Shown piece after piece: positions 30,344 through 40,532 of a stretch of DNA of 64,000 nucleotides. Within the stretch, counting starts at the first letter, position 1. Each line of letters opens with the position of its first letter. The stretch is from positions 1,441,129 to 1,505,128 of the forward strand of contig CAVXLD010000001.1 in the NCBI GenBank assembly GCA_963762565.1, in the 5' to 3' direction. The stretch is from an uncultured Verrucomicrobiae bacterium (GTDB taxonomy: Bacteria; Verrucomicrobiota; Verrucomicrobiia; Chthoniobacterales; JAFAMB01). Made by a program: the position numbers and the translations under genes. Below the pieces are notes generated by a model. It worked only from the letters and a program-made list of their open reading frames with translations. It did not search any database and was not told where the DNA came from.

Positions 30344-31207
30344 ATGAGCACCAGTTATTTCGCCGGTTGCACGGTTCTGGTCACCGGCGCGTCGGCAGGA
30401 ATTGGCCGCGAGTTCGCTCGCCAGCTGGCTCCGGTGGTAGATTCTATGATTCTGGTGGCTCGCCGGGCCGATCGTTTGGAAGCTCTGGAACTGGAGCTGA
30501 AGGTGATCAATCCGAATCTAGATGTTTTCTATCGTGCTCTCGACCTCCGAAACCATGATGATTTAGCCAAGTTCTGCGATTGGCTGGAGGAAAGCGGTTT
30601 AGCCGTCGATCTGCTCATCAATAACGCCGGCCTCGGGGATTGGGGCCCGTTCATCGATAGTGAGTGGGACAAAGTGAACGCGATGCTCCGCGTCAACATT
30701 GAAGCTTTGACTTATCTGACATACCGAATTCTTCCTTCGATGGGTAAATCCGGTTGTGGCGCTATCTTGAATGTTAGTTCGGTAGCCGGGTTTCTTCCGG
30801 TGCCGACCTTCGCGGTTTACGCTGCGACCAAGGCCTACGTTACTAGTTTCAGCGAAGCTCTAAGAGCCGAGCTCAGATCATCAAATATTTCTGTCACCGT
30901 GCTTTGTCCGGGACCAGTCTCAACCGAATTCGGCTCCGTAGCGGTGCGTCCAGGCACAGAACGACGTGTGCCACCCGATTCCATTACCGTCCCGGTGCAA
31001 ACAGTTGTGCAAGAGGCATTGACCAGCGTCGCCCGGGACCGTCCGCGTCTGGTCCCCGGAATCGCGCTGCGATTCATAGTAACGCTGATGCTCTTCACCC
31101 CAATGTTCATAAAACGCTTAATCTACGATCTGCAGCGGCGACGAGAGGGCGCGCCAAGAGCGAATCTGCGTCCCGATATTGGAGCCAAGATGCCCTCCCA
31201 TATCTAA
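30344..31207 (+). CDS. SDR family oxidoreductase
   Basis: TGASAGIG, NNAG, YAATK, CPGPV. Confidence 0.95.
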   Translation: MSTSYFAGCTVLVTGASAGIGREFARQLAPVVDSMILVARRADRLEALELELKVINPNLDVFYRALDLRNHDDLAKFCDWLEESGLAVDLLINNAGLGDWGPFIDSEWDKVNAMLRVNIEALTYLTYRILPSMGKSGCGAILNVSSVAGFLPVPTFAVYAATKAYVTSFSEALRAELRSSNISVTVLCPGPVSTEFGSVAVRPGTERRVPPDSITVPVQTVVQEALTSVARDRPRLVPGIALRFIVTLMLFTPMFIKRLIYDLQRRREGAPRANLRPDIGAKMPSHI

Positions 31208-31227
31208 TCCTCTCTCAGGCTGATTTA

Positions 31228-31530
31228 GTGACTGCTTACTATTATCTCATTTTTGGTATCATCTGTATCCTGGGCGGCGCACTAGGGTACGCTCGTGCGC
31301 GTAGCAAAGCTTCAATTATCGCCGGCGGCGTGTCCGGGGCCCTGTTAATCTTGGCCGGTATTCTTGCCCGAGGGTTCATTCCTTACGTTATCGCGATCGT
31401 GGTCAGTCTTTTATTGCTGGCTCACTTTGGCCGCTCATTTGTGGCAAGCAGAAAGCCGATGCCTGCTATCCCCATGATTCTGCTCAGCCTGGTGTGCATC
31501 GCTTTGACCGTGCGACATCTAATCCATTAA
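31228..31530 (+). CDS. TMEM14-family small membrane protein
   Basis: GGALGY...SKASIIAG, F..SRKPMPA; GTG start at 31228. Confidence 0.85.
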   Translation: MTAYYYLIFGIICILGGALGYARARSKASIIAGGVSGALLILAGILARGFIPYVIAIVVSLLLLAHFGRSFVASRKPMPAIPMILLSLVCIALTVRHLIH

Positions 31531-31540
31531 TAGAAGGTCC

Positions 31541-33331
31541 ATGCGGTTTCGCAGCCTTCTCAAGAACTTCGTTTTTCGTAGTCGTCCGCCTACTGAACAC
31601 AGCGGCGTTGCGTCCCCAAATCTTGGAGGGGAGCCGCTTTGTAGTTTGGTAGTTCTATCGGATGGCAGCAAGCGGCTCCCGGGAGTAGCCGAACATGGCA
31701 CCATTACCCAAGTGCCCCCTTCAAAGAGCGAGCCACTGGAAGGCATCATGGTAAATTCGCGAGACGCTGGGCAGTTCTCGGGAGCCGCCTGCTGCCGACT
31801 GGCAGAGCAGCCCAATTACAAAGCGGCTCCCCTCCAAGCGCTGGGCCGTTTGTCCCTATTGCTCTCGACCTGCCTCCTGCTCGCAGGTTGCCCAGGTCCG
31901 AAATTCAATCCGCCGCCTTCGGCTTCCCCTTCGCCCACACCGAGTCTTACTGTGACGCCGCCTCCTACTCCAACACCAACGCCCACTCCATTACCGGAGG
32001 CAATCATTCCGTATTCACATAAAGAGGTCGCCCGGCTGTTTAACGGAGTTGAGGTTCATTCCCATGTGGAATCCGGGATCGGGGACATCGCTTCCGTCGA
32101 ACGCCGGATGCTTGATTCTTACGTACTAGACTTGCAAGTTCAGGTACGCGTTCCGAAAGCCGCGCAGACGATCCAGGAACTCAGCGAACCGGCTCCTACG
32201 TTACCTACCATTTTACCGGGGCTGGCCGCGATGCTGCCTACCAGCAAAGTCTCGGACTTCTATTATGGCCTGTATCAGCTCAAGGTGGAGTCTTTAGGCC
32301 GCGAGCTTGGCCGGCTGGAACAGCTGCTTTCGAAACACAATTTCTTCGATTGTAACACCATCCTGGAACTGACCTACCCACAATCTGCCCGCAAAGTGTT
32401 GCTCATCCAAAGCGATATGGATGTCAACGCAGACGGTTCTGACTCAGATCGGACAGTGGAGGTCGACGGTTCTTCGGCCAATTTCCAACCATATACTAGC
32501 TACCGTTGGCCAAAGCGGACCGATCAACCAAGCGAGTTCTTGGGCGATTGGCAAAACAAGCTAAAGCAAACTGAAACCGAGCTTACCCTGAAAACGGTAT
32601 CGGCCGAGCGCAAGAAAGCATTACATGAACAGATTGAGACTCTGCAACGGGAAATCGGTGACCTGAAGCATTTCAGTTTTCTCATCTCTAAAGCGGATCC
32701 TTTCGTGGTGCTACCAGGGTTTATACTCCGGCAAGCCAATCATGCGTTCTTACCGAAGCTCGGCGATTACGTGGTGGTCATCTACGGAGACAAACTGTAT
32801 CCGGCGGTTCTGGGTGATGTGGGCCCCTCCTACAAGATCGGCGAAGGATCGCTGCGCTTGGCGACTCAGTTAGATCCTCGCGCTAACGCTTACAACCGGC
32901 CGGCATCCAACCTGAACGTCACCTATTTGGTTTTCCCGGCAACGGCAGATCCGGTTCCAGGCCCACCGGATCTGAAAAAGATGCACGAGCGTTGTGAAAC
33001 GCTGTTGAACGAGATTGGCGGCACTTCCGGTCAATTGTGGGAATGGACCGATATCTTGGCCACTCCTACCCCCTCGCCTTCTCCTACTCCGACCGCCAGC
33101 CCAAGCTCGACCGTAACCGGGAACCCGACCCCGACCCCGACCGGTTCCCCGGCCGCCACCGGCAGTCCGACACCGTCGGCGACAGCCGGTCCGTCAGCGT
33201 TATCCAGCCCATCAACGACGCCGACTCCGACACCCAGTGCTAGTAGCCCTGCAGCCAAGCCGAGCAAAACGTCTCCTCATGAAACGCCGCACCGGCATCA
33301 TCATGCGGAAGGACAAACCAGGGGCGACTAA
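31541..33331 (+). CDS. Lipoprotein with GH75 (chitosanase-like) domain and Pro/Thr/Ser linkers; true start uncertain, possibly about 31841
   Basis: Lipobox LAGC; SDMDVNADG, PFVVLP, LGD.V, GDVGP..KIGEGSLRLA motifs resemble GH75. Confidence 0.75.
   Translation: MRFRSLLKNFVFRSRPPTEHSGVASPNLGGEPLCSLVVLSDGSKRLPGVAEHGTITQVPPSKSEPLEGIMVNSRDAGQFSGAACCRLAEQPNYKAAPLQALGRLSLLLSTCLLLAGCPGPKFNPPPSASPSPTPSLTVTPPPTPTPTPTPLPEAIIPYSHKEVARLFNGVEVHSHVESGIGDIASVERRMLDSYVLDLQVQVRVPKAAQTIQELSEPAPTLPTILPGLAAMLPTSKVSDFYYGLYQLKVESLGRELGRLEQLLSKHNFFDCNTILELTYPQSARKVLLIQSDMDVNADGSDSDRTVEVDGSSANFQPYTSYRWPKRTDQPSEFLGDWQNKLKQTETELTLKTVSAERKKALHEQIETLQREIGDLKHFSFLISKADPFVVLPGFILRQANHAFLPKLGDYVVVIYGDKLYPAVLGDVGPSYKIGEGSLRLATQLDPRANAYNRPASNLNVTYLVFPATADPVPGPPDLKKMHERCETLLNEIGGTSGQLWEWTDILATPTPSPSPTPTASPSSTVTGNPTPTPTGSPAATGSPTPSATAGPSALSSPSTTPTPTPSASSPAAKPSKTSPHETPHRHHHAEGQTRGD
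31625..31835. repeat. REPIN-like element, family D
   Basis: GGAGGGGAGCCGCTTTGTA ... TACAAAGCGGCTCCCCTCC. Confidence 0.9.
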
Positions 33332-33386
33332 CCGCCGCCCTCATGAGGCGCTTCGTTCTCGGATTGAGTTGCAGGCCGATCACCCG

Positions 33387-33506
33387 GGAGGGATCGCGTC
33401 CTCGCGATCCGTCTTGACCGAAGCCAAGGACGTGTCGTGATTTCGGACAAGAATACACCTTTGGGTTGTAGTACGTCTTCGCGGCGCGCGAGGACGCGCG
33501 CCCTCC
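33387..33506. repeat. REPIN-like element, family C (120 bp, inverted relative to 14099-14218)
   Basis: Same two REP ends, same length, diverged but alignable spacer. Confidence 0.9.
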
Positions 33507-33624
33507 CCCATTTGCGCCCCGCGGCACGGTGGCAAGCGTAAAGATGGTTAAATTGATTCCTTTCCGCTATCACGGAAAAACGAATCGACAGTTCTAAAGT
33601 AATTCCCTATGTTACATACGCAAT

Positions 33625-34038
33625 ATGCAGAGCTGTCGATTTGCATTTGCTGTTCATGTAATGGCGGTTCTCGCCAACGCGAACAGATGCGCTTCGTCTG
33701 CCAGTCTGGCTGAAACGGTTAACACCAACCCGGTGGTGATTCGTCGTCTGCTGATCGATCTGCAGAATGCGGGGTTAATCCGGACAGCGCGAGGCCCGCA
33801 AGGAGGCGCCGTGCTAGCCAAACCCGCCAAGAATATCTCGCTTTGGCAGATTCATTCGGCAGTGGAATCACGGGAAATGTTTGGTCAACACCCTAATCCG
33901 CCGTCACCAGACTGTCCGGTTGGTCAAGGAATCAAAAAAGTGCTCGGGTATGTTGAACGACGGGTTAACCGCTCGTTCTCCCACGAGCTGGAAATGATCT
34001 CTTTAGCGGACGTGGTAAGGAGATTGCACCGAGTCTGA
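33625..34038 (+). CDS. Rrf2-family transcriptional regulator
   Basis: RFAFAVH, SASLAETVNTNPVVIRR, RGPQGG..LAKP, CPVG. Confidence 0.93.
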   Translation: MQSCRFAFAVHVMAVLANANRCASSASLAETVNTNPVVIRRLLIDLQNAGLIRTARGPQGGAVLAKPAKNISLWQIHSAVESREMFGQHPNPPSPDCPVGQGIKKVLGYVERRVNRSFSHELEMISLADVVRRLHRV

Positions 34039-34111
34039 AGCGTCCACAGAAATGTTGAGGCGTTTTAGGACGCCTCAGGATCGGTGCAATCTCCTTACCA
34101 CGTCCGCTACT

Positions 34112-34160
34112 AGCCGGAGTTGCTGGTGAAGGCGCAACCCCTTCACCAGCAACTCCGGCT
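34112..34160. repeat. Long hairpin
   Basis: AGCCGGAGTTGCTGGTGAAGG-CGCAACC-CCTTCACCAGCAACTCCGGCT. Confidence 0.8.
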
Positions 34161-34211
34161 CTTGATTTGTAATTGTATGGGTTACATATTGTGCCTAGGA
34201 AGGGACTTAGA

Positions 34212-35231
34212 ATGCTTGTAAAACCTTTTTATTCCCAGGCTCTGGCCCCCGGGGAAAATAAAATAGATCAACGCGCCACCGGGCCGGATGGTTCCGGGGA
34301 CGATTCGTTGCTCGACTCCTATTCACGAACCATCAGCTCAGTGGTGACTCAGGTTGCTCCGGCGGTCGTCAATATCCATGTCGAGACCGGACCCCGCGGC
34401 GAAGGAAGCGGGAGCGGATTTTTTATCGCACCGGACGGCTTTATTTTAACCAACAGCCACGTGGTACACGGTGCTCGCAAAATCGAGGTCATTCTGTCGG
34501 ATACCCGCACTTTTGCCGCGAAACTGGTCGGGGAAGACCCGGACACGGACCTCGCTGTACTGCGGATCGGCGCGAGCCAGCTCCCCAGTCTTGAGTTCGC
34601 CGATTCGAAGAAACTGCGAGTTGGCCAGATCGCGGTCGCGATCGGGAGTCCTTACGGTTTTCAACAGAGTGTAACTGCCGGTGTCGTGAGCGCGCTTGGT
34701 CGATCGATGCGAGCGCAATCGGGCCGGCTGATGGACGATATCCTTCAGACAGACGCCGCGCTTAACCCCGGCAATTCCGGAGGTCCACTGGTTAATTCAC
34801 GTGGACAGGTGATCGGCGTTAATACGGCTGTGATTCTGCCAGCTCAAGGACTCTGTTTTGCTATAGCAGCGAATACCGTCCAGCTGGTTGCCGGCTGGCT
34901 GATCAAAGACGGCAAGATCCGCCGGAGCTATCTCGGCCTTGCCGGTCAAAATGTTCCATTGCATCCGAAAATCACTCGGTTTCATCGCCTCGACCAGGAG
35001 GCCGGCGTCTTAATTGCCGGCGTGGAGCAGGGCGGCCCAGTCGATTTGTCCGGTCTTAGAGAGGGCGACATTATTATTTCTTTCAAAAGTAACCCGGTGA
35101 GTTCAATCGATGACCTTCACCGTTTCCTGGTCGGCAGCGAAATCGGGCAACGATCCGTGCTGACCGTTGTTAGAGGGACAGAAATATTGAATTTTCTAGT
35201 GACGCCGCAGGAGTTGCCGGGGCGGGGGTGA
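34212..35231 (+). CDS. HtrA-like trypsin serine protease with one PDZ domain
   Basis: GSGSGF, TNSHVV, QTDAALNPGNSGGPL; no clear signal peptide. Confidence 0.93.
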   Translation: MLVKPFYSQALAPGENKIDQRATGPDGSGDDSLLDSYSRTISSVVTQVAPAVVNIHVETGPRGEGSGSGFFIAPDGFILTNSHVVHGARKIEVILSDTRTFAAKLVGEDPDTDLAVLRIGASQLPSLEFADSKKLRVGQIAVAIGSPYGFQQSVTAGVVSALGRSMRAQSGRLMDDILQTDAALNPGNSGGPLVNSRGQVIGVNTAVILPAQGLCFAIAANTVQLVAGWLIKDGKIRRSYLGLAGQNVPLHPKITRFHRLDQEAGVLIAGVEQGGPVDLSGLREGDIIISFKSNPVSSIDDLHRFLVGSEIGQRSVLTVVRGTEILNFLVTPQELPGRG

Positions 35232-35235
35232 GGCC

Positions 35236-35488
35236 GGTAGGGCGAAAAACTCGGCGCGCCGCTGATTCGGTTCGCTGGTTGCGTTAAATCGCGCCGGTTT
35301 TGAGCCGCGCCGTGGGGCTGTTCCATCCTGGGCGAACCGCAATCAAACGCCCGATTCGCCGGACTTTGGCGCTGCCACACGCACGGAGCGGCTCAAACCC
35401 GGCGCGATTAGACGAAACGATGATGCAATACCATGGGCGCGCCGAGGTTTTCGCCCTACCAACCTCTCCTTGAACTCCTTGAACTCCT
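35236..35488. repeat. REPIN-like element, family B, followed by CTCCTTGAA repeats
   Basis: GGTAGGGCGAAAAACTCGGCGCGCC ... GGCGCGCCGAGGTTTTCGCCCTACC (ends 35460). Confidence 0.88.
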
Positions 35489-35505
35489 ACCCCAAAGTTG
35501 GGCCT

Positions 35506-35955
35506 ATGAAGATCTCGATTGGCTCTGACCACGCCGGGTTTCGCTATAAAGAGAAGATTAAAGGAATGCTCAAGGAAATGGGCCATGAGGTTTTAGATTT
35601 TGGAACGGATTCCGAGGAACCATGCGACTATCCTTTGTTTATAAGACCGGCAGCCGAAGCGGTGGCTCGCGGTGAAGCCGAACGCGGTATCGTCTTAGGA
35701 GGATCTGGAAACGGAGAAGCGATTACGGCCAACCGGATCGCCGGGATCCGATGCGGACTCTGCTGGAACGAGCAGGTAGCGAAATGGCATCGGTTACACA
35801 ATGACGGCAACGTCCTTTCGTTGGGCCAGCGCACGATTTCCGAGGAAGAAGCTCTGCACATCGTCAGGGTGTGGCTGGATACCCCTTTTGAGGGTGGCCG
35901 GCATGTGCGCCGCATTTATCTAATCGATCATCCTGAAGCAGCAGTGGCTTCGTAA
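35506..35955 (+). CDS. rpiB: Ribose-5-phosphate isomerase B
   Basis: IGSDHAG, CDYP, GGSGNGE, HNDGNVL, FEGGRH.RR. Confidence 0.95.
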   Translation: MKISIGSDHAGFRYKEKIKGMLKEMGHEVLDFGTDSEEPCDYPLFIRPAAEAVARGEAERGIVLGGSGNGEAITANRIAGIRCGLCWNEQVAKWHRLHNDGNVLSLGQRTISEEEALHIVRVWLDTPFEGGRHVRRIYLIDHPEAAVAS

Positions 35956-35988
35956 CCCGCAAAGATTACACCTAGCAATTCAGGCTAG

Positions 35989-36456
35989 ATGAGTTTTGAG
36001 CAGCAAATCCGAGCCGCGGAAGGGTACGCGGAACTGGGGATGTATTCTGAAGCGCTGTCCGAGTTGGACCAACTCCCGCCTGAAGAGCAGGAACGGCTGG
36101 AGAGTCTCCGGATGCGGGTGCAGATCATTTTGCAGATCCGAGACTGGAGCGCAGCACTAAAACTCAGCCGCAGGATCGCCGAGATCTATCCTAGCGAGAG
36201 TTACGGTTTCATTCACGCTGCCTTCTGCCTGCACGAACTCGGAGAAACCCAGAGAGCAAAGGAAACACTTTTGAATGGTCCACCCTCATTGTTGGAGGAG
36301 CCAATTTACTACTACAACCTCGGTTGCTACGAAACTGTCCTCGGTAATCTTGACCAGGCCAAAGCTTACCTAAGAGCCAGTTTTCGACTAAACAAAGGGT
36401 TCCGTGAAATCGCCCGTCAAGACCCCGATCTGAATCCAATTCGGGACGAGCTGTAA
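35989..36456 (+). CDS. TPR-repeat protein
   Basis: AEGYAELGM, YYNLGCY, A..DPDL C-terminal motif. Confidence 0.85.
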   Translation: MSFEQQIRAAEGYAELGMYSEALSELDQLPPEEQERLESLRMRVQIILQIRDWSAALKLSRRIAEIYPSESYGFIHAAFCLHELGETQRAKETLLNGPPSLLEEPIYYYNLGCYETVLGNLDQAKAYLRASFRLNKGFREIARQDPDLNPIRDEL

Positions 36457-36629
36457 AAGGTTTGCGGTTAAGCGGTTGTCAGTTTCCGGTTTGCCGTTGG
36501 CCGTTGAGAGCGCCGTCGCCTATTGGGCATAGCACAAAACCCAGAAACACATATAGGTCCCATTAGTCCCATAAGTCCCATTCGTGCTAATCCCCTGGAC
36601 TGCCATCTGCTGACAGAAAACCACCAAAA

Positions 36630-36699
36630 AAACGCCAAACGCCAAACGCCAAACGCCAAACGCCAAACGCCAAACGCCAAACGCCAAACGCCAAACGCG
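36630..36699 (+). repeat. Perfect heptamer VNTR (AAACGCC)9 plus one imperfect unit
   Basis: Direct count; ends 2 nt before ATG 36702. Confidence 0.97.
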
Positions 36700-36701
36700 T
36701 C

Positions 36702-37829
36702 ATGTCTCTTACCGAGCTCTTCCAAGAAAATTTCACCAAGTACGACGAACTCGGCGCATCGGTTTGCCTTTGGCGGGATGGCCAGATGGTGGCTTCGCTT
36801 GCCGGCGGTTTTTGGGACCGGCACAAGACCAGGAAATGGACCACCCAAACCCGGGTATTGATCTGGTCGGCTACAAAGGGGCTCGCTTCAGCTTGTCTCC
36901 TACATCTGTGCGAGCGGGAAAAGATTATGCTCACCCGGCGAGCAGCCGACTTTTGGCCGGAGTACGCAGAGAATGGAAAAGAGGACACCACTCTATTGCA
37001 TATAGTGTCGCATCAATCCGGCCAACCGGCCCTGCGCAACCGTGAAATTCAGTTTCTTGACCGCGAACAGGTCACCGAGACGCTCGCCCAGCAAGAGCCT
37101 TTCTGGAAGCCCGGCTCGGCTCATGGCTATCACGCGAGAACTTATGGATTCCTGGTCGATGAACTCGTCCGGCGGATATCCGGGATCAATGTGGGCGCCT
37201 ATTTTCACGAGGTTTTTGCTACTCCGCTCGAGCTCGATCTCTGGATCGGCTTACCGGAAGAACTGGTCGAAGAGGTAGCTCCTATCTACGCTGCCCACCG
37301 TGCCCGGGATGGTTCTGATGAAGACACATTTTATGATGAGCTCGCCAACCAAGATTCGCTGACCTTCAAAGCGTTTTCCACCCCGGCTGGTCTCATGGTT
37401 CCGTCGGTCATGAACCGGCCTGAGATGCGCACGCAGGTTTTCCCATCTTTCGGCGGTATTGGTACCGCGGAATCGCTGGCTAAGTTCTATTATCGCACCT
37501 TTTGCGAGCCTACCTTTTTCAGCTCCGAGCGAATCACTGAGATTTCTCAGACGGTTGCGTCCGGCACCGATAGTATTCTTCGGATCCCGACAGCGTTCGC
37601 GGCCGGATTCATGAAAGACCCGATCTCGAACTCGGGGAAAAAAATACGCAGTTTGTTTGGTCCCTCCTTGTCGGCGTTCGGGCAACCAGGGGCTGGAGGC
37701 AGCCTTGCATTTGCCGATCCTGAGAACAACGTTGCGTTCGCGTATGTTATGAACCAGATGGAACCCGGGCTACTTCCAAACCCGAAGTCGTTGCGGCTCG
37801 TTCGGTGGGCGTATGGTGAAGACTTTTAG
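36702..37829 (+). CDS. Serine hydrolase, beta-lactamase/EstA family
   Basis: WSATK (SxxK), GYHARTYG, FGQPGAGGS.AFADP. Confidence 0.92.
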   Translation: MSLTELFQENFTKYDELGASVCLWRDGQMVASLAGGFWDRHKTRKWTTQTRVLIWSATKGLASACLLHLCEREKIMLTRRAADFWPEYAENGKEDTTLLHIVSHQSGQPALRNREIQFLDREQVTETLAQQEPFWKPGSAHGYHARTYGFLVDELVRRISGINVGAYFHEVFATPLELDLWIGLPEELVEEVAPIYAAHRARDGSDEDTFYDELANQDSLTFKAFSTPAGLMVPSVMNRPEMRTQVFPSFGGIGTAESLAKFYYRTFCEPTFFSSERITEISQTVASGTDSILRIPTAFAAGFMKDPISNSGKKIRSLFGPSLSAFGQPGAGGSLAFADPENNVAFAYVMNQMEPGLLPNPKSLRLVRWAYGEDF

Positions 37830-37907
37830 CGCAGCTTTTACGATACCGACGCATCGTCTTCGCCCTACGCAACGGTCGATAGCGGTCAGTGTGGTGGGAG
37901 ATGCCGG

Positions 37908-38765
37908 ATGAGTACCGCTGTGGAGCCGACGATCATCATTTCCGATCTTCACCTGGGTCATCGGGCGTCTCAGATTCGCGACCCGCAAGAGCTAGTTCCC
38001 ATTTTGAAAGAGGCGCGGTCAGTCATTTTTAATGGCGATACTGTCGAGATGCGGACTGCGGTCGACCGGCCGGTGGGCCGGAACCTGGCGGCAGTCGTTG
38101 CCCGGCTTTGTCATTCTATTGGATGCCGGGCCACCTTCATCAATGGGAACCATGATCCCTGCATTTCAAAAACTGATCATTTGGATTTGATGGATGGGCG
38201 GATCCTGGTGACTCATGGTGATATCCTTTTTCTGGGTATCGCTCCCTGGAGCCGGCAAGCATTAGCTTATCGAAAGGTTCATCTTCGGGCGTTAGCTCGT
38301 CTTGGCCCGGAAGCGCTACTGAATTTTGAAAAACGCTTACTGGCCACAAAAAGGACTTCGATCAAAATGCAATTGATGGAAGAGCCGGTAACTAGCGAAC
38401 GTCCCATAGCGCCAGGGCTACGGGTGCTAATGAATCACTTTTGGCCTCCTCACCGTCCATTTATGATCCTCGGCGCGTGGATACAAACGCCGACCTTAGC
38501 GGCGCGCTTATGTGATCTATTCCGTCCGGACGCCAAGTATGTTGTCATTGGCCACACTCACTATCCCGGGGTTTGGCGGCGCGGCCACATCACCGTGATC
38601 AACACCGGCAGCTACGTTCCCCATTTTGGCGCGCTGGCGGTGATCCTCGATGGCGAATCGGTTGAGATCCGAAAAATCAAAAAGCAAAGAGAAGGGTTTG
38701 CTCTCGGCAAACGGGTTGCGCGATTTCCGGAAACGCCGGCCGAACGATTGGCGGTTGGCGGGTAG
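37908..38765 (+). CDS. Calcineurin-like metallophosphoesterase
   Basis: SDLHLG, NGD, GNHD, THGD, GHTH, NTGS. Confidence 0.9.
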   Translation: MSTAVEPTIIISDLHLGHRASQIRDPQELVPILKEARSVIFNGDTVEMRTAVDRPVGRNLAAVVARLCHSIGCRATFINGNHDPCISKTDHLDLMDGRILVTHGDILFLGIAPWSRQALAYRKVHLRALARLGPEALLNFEKRLLATKRTSIKMQLMEEPVTSERPIAPGLRVLMNHFWPPHRPFMILGAWIQTPTLAARLCDLFRPDAKYVVIGHTHYPGVWRRGHITVINTGSYVPHFGALAVILDGESVEIRKIKKQREGFALGKRVARFPETPAERLAVGG

Positions 38766-38972
38766 CCCTTCGGCGGCTTGGCTTCGTACTCGTCCTCAAT
38801 TCGGACGCGGTTTGGTGATGCCGACCTTTTCGGTCAGGCGCGCGATAGAGCTTGGCTCGGATAGGATCCGCCTCCGCGAAGCCTAAGGCGCGACCGGCTT
38901 TATGGGACCAATAGGACTTATGTGAGTTACGTCCTACGCGCGTTCCACGCCGATACGCCCCAAACCTAGCTC

Positions 38973-40529
38973 CTAGATTCTAGCTCCTAGCTCCTCCCCC
39001 GGCGCTTCGCTTCCTCCCAGCAAACGTCGCCGGGCGGACTCCACCAGCTCGGCATACGTCAAAGAGGGACGGTCACCCAAATGATCCTCGGCCGAGCGAT
39101 CGCGGCCGTGCTGATAGTCGATCGAGTAAAGCCCGAACCGCGGCGTGAAGGAACCCCACTCATAGTTGTCGAACAAGGACCAGTGCAAGTAGCCGATAAG
39201 GGGAATCCCGGCTTGCGCGATGCTAACGACTTCATCGATATGCACCCGCAGAAATTGACTCCGGGTCATGCGATCTCGGCGCAAAGTGATTCGGTTATCT
39301 AACCGGCGGCGTAAAGCCATCCCATTCTCGGCGATCAATACCGGACGATCAGCGTAATCTTTACTGTAGTGTTCGCAAAAGAAACGCATGCCTGCGGGCA
39401 ATACTCGCCAATCCCACCATTTGCTGGTGATATTGTTCATGAGCCAGGCCCGAAAGTTTTTATCCTTAAACTCGTGATCCCACCAGACCGGTAGACGGAA
39501 GACATGCGCAGCGAAAGGATCGTAGTAATCCAGGCCGAGATAATCGAAGGTAACGGGCCGAGGCGCCGAATAGATATCGTCCACCAAACTCGAGAAGAAA
39601 TCCGGTGAGAATGTTTTGTAACCGACCCAGTTACTGAGACGCTTGGCTAACGAACCGAAGAGATACGGGATGTCTTTCACCAACGGGATCCGCGCCTCTT
39701 CAAAGGCGTTCTCGAACTCGTGGATCTTGGCGTAGACGTAATCGCGCAATTGAGATGCTCGGACTCCGCGTTCCCGTACGCAAAGCAGATCCAACATGAT
39801 TTTGTCCGACCAATAAAGATCGGTGCAATAGTTGTTACAGGTAATTAATGGAGGGGACCAGCCGTTCTGTTCATAAATACTATGAATCAGGTTGTAGGCT
39901 CGCACGTGCGCCCGCAGAATTTGCCGGGTGGCCGCGGCTACATTATGGAAACCGGCGCCAACTCCCTTGCGTCCCGGGAATTGGGTGCCCAGGTAGGTGT
40001 TGAGCACCAGCATATTCGGTTCGTTTATGGTAATGTAGTACTTGATTGGGGCCAGCCCATGGCGATCCGCTAGCGCCCGATTGATCTGCAGAACCGTGTA
40101 TTCAATGTACCGGCCAAACAGGTCGACGATCTCCGGCTGTAGCCAAGGGTCGGATCCCAACCAAGCCGGATGGACAAAGTGGTGCAGTGTTACCACCGGC
40201 TCCAAGCCGTTCCGGCGGCATTCGGCCAGCATTTCAACGTAATGTTCTACTGCCACATCACTGAATGGAGGCGGTGGACCTGGCTGGCCGGCAAATGTGG
40301 GCTGAATTCGACTCCACTCGATGCCTAGACGAAACGAGTTCAGTCCTAACGCCTTGCTGCGCCCAAAGTCCTCCGGGTACCGGTTCCAGAAGTCTGCTGC
40401 TAGTCCGGCCGGTACCACGTCGCCGCGACGTTCGGCCTCACCCCAGTTAGTCTGCGGCTGCCCGGGCCCGTTGTAGCCTCCTTCTGACTGATAAGCGGAT
40501 GTGGCGACACCCCAGAGCAGATCCTCCAT
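38973..40529 (-). CDS. Glycoside hydrolase family 1
   Basis: WGVATSAYQSEG, EWSRIQP, VTLHHF, TINEP, AENG, WSLFDNYEW. Confidence 0.95.
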   Translation of the reverse strand: MEDLLWGVATSAYQSEGGYNGPGQPQTNWGEAERRGDVVPAGLAADFWNRYPEDFGRSKALGLNSFRLGIEWSRIQPTFAGQPGPPPPFSDVAVEHYVEMLAECRRNGLEPVVTLHHFVHPAWLGSDPWLQPEIVDLFGRYIEYTVLQINRALADRHGLAPIKYYITINEPNMLVLNTYLGTQFPGRKGVGAGFHNVAAATRQILRAHVRAYNLIHSIYEQNGWSPPLITCNNYCTDLYWSDKIMLDLLCVRERGVRASQLRDYVYAKIHEFENAFEEARIPLVKDIPYLFGSLAKRLSNWVGYKTFSPDFFSSLVDDIYSAPRPVTFDYLGLDYYDPFAAHVFRLPVWWDHEFKDKNFRAWLMNNITSKWWDWRVLPAGMRFFCEHYSKDYADRPVLIAENGMALRRRLDNRITLRRDRMTRSQFLRVHIDEVVSIAQAGIPLIGYLHWSLFDNYEWGSFTPRFGLYSIDYQHGRDRSAEDHLGDRPSLTYAELVESARRRLLGGSEAPGEELGARI

Positions 40530-40532
40530 AGC

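Noticed and set aside
36468..36991. ORFs with AFGVWRL or NAKRQTP repeats
   Set aside because: Translations of the AAACGCC array.
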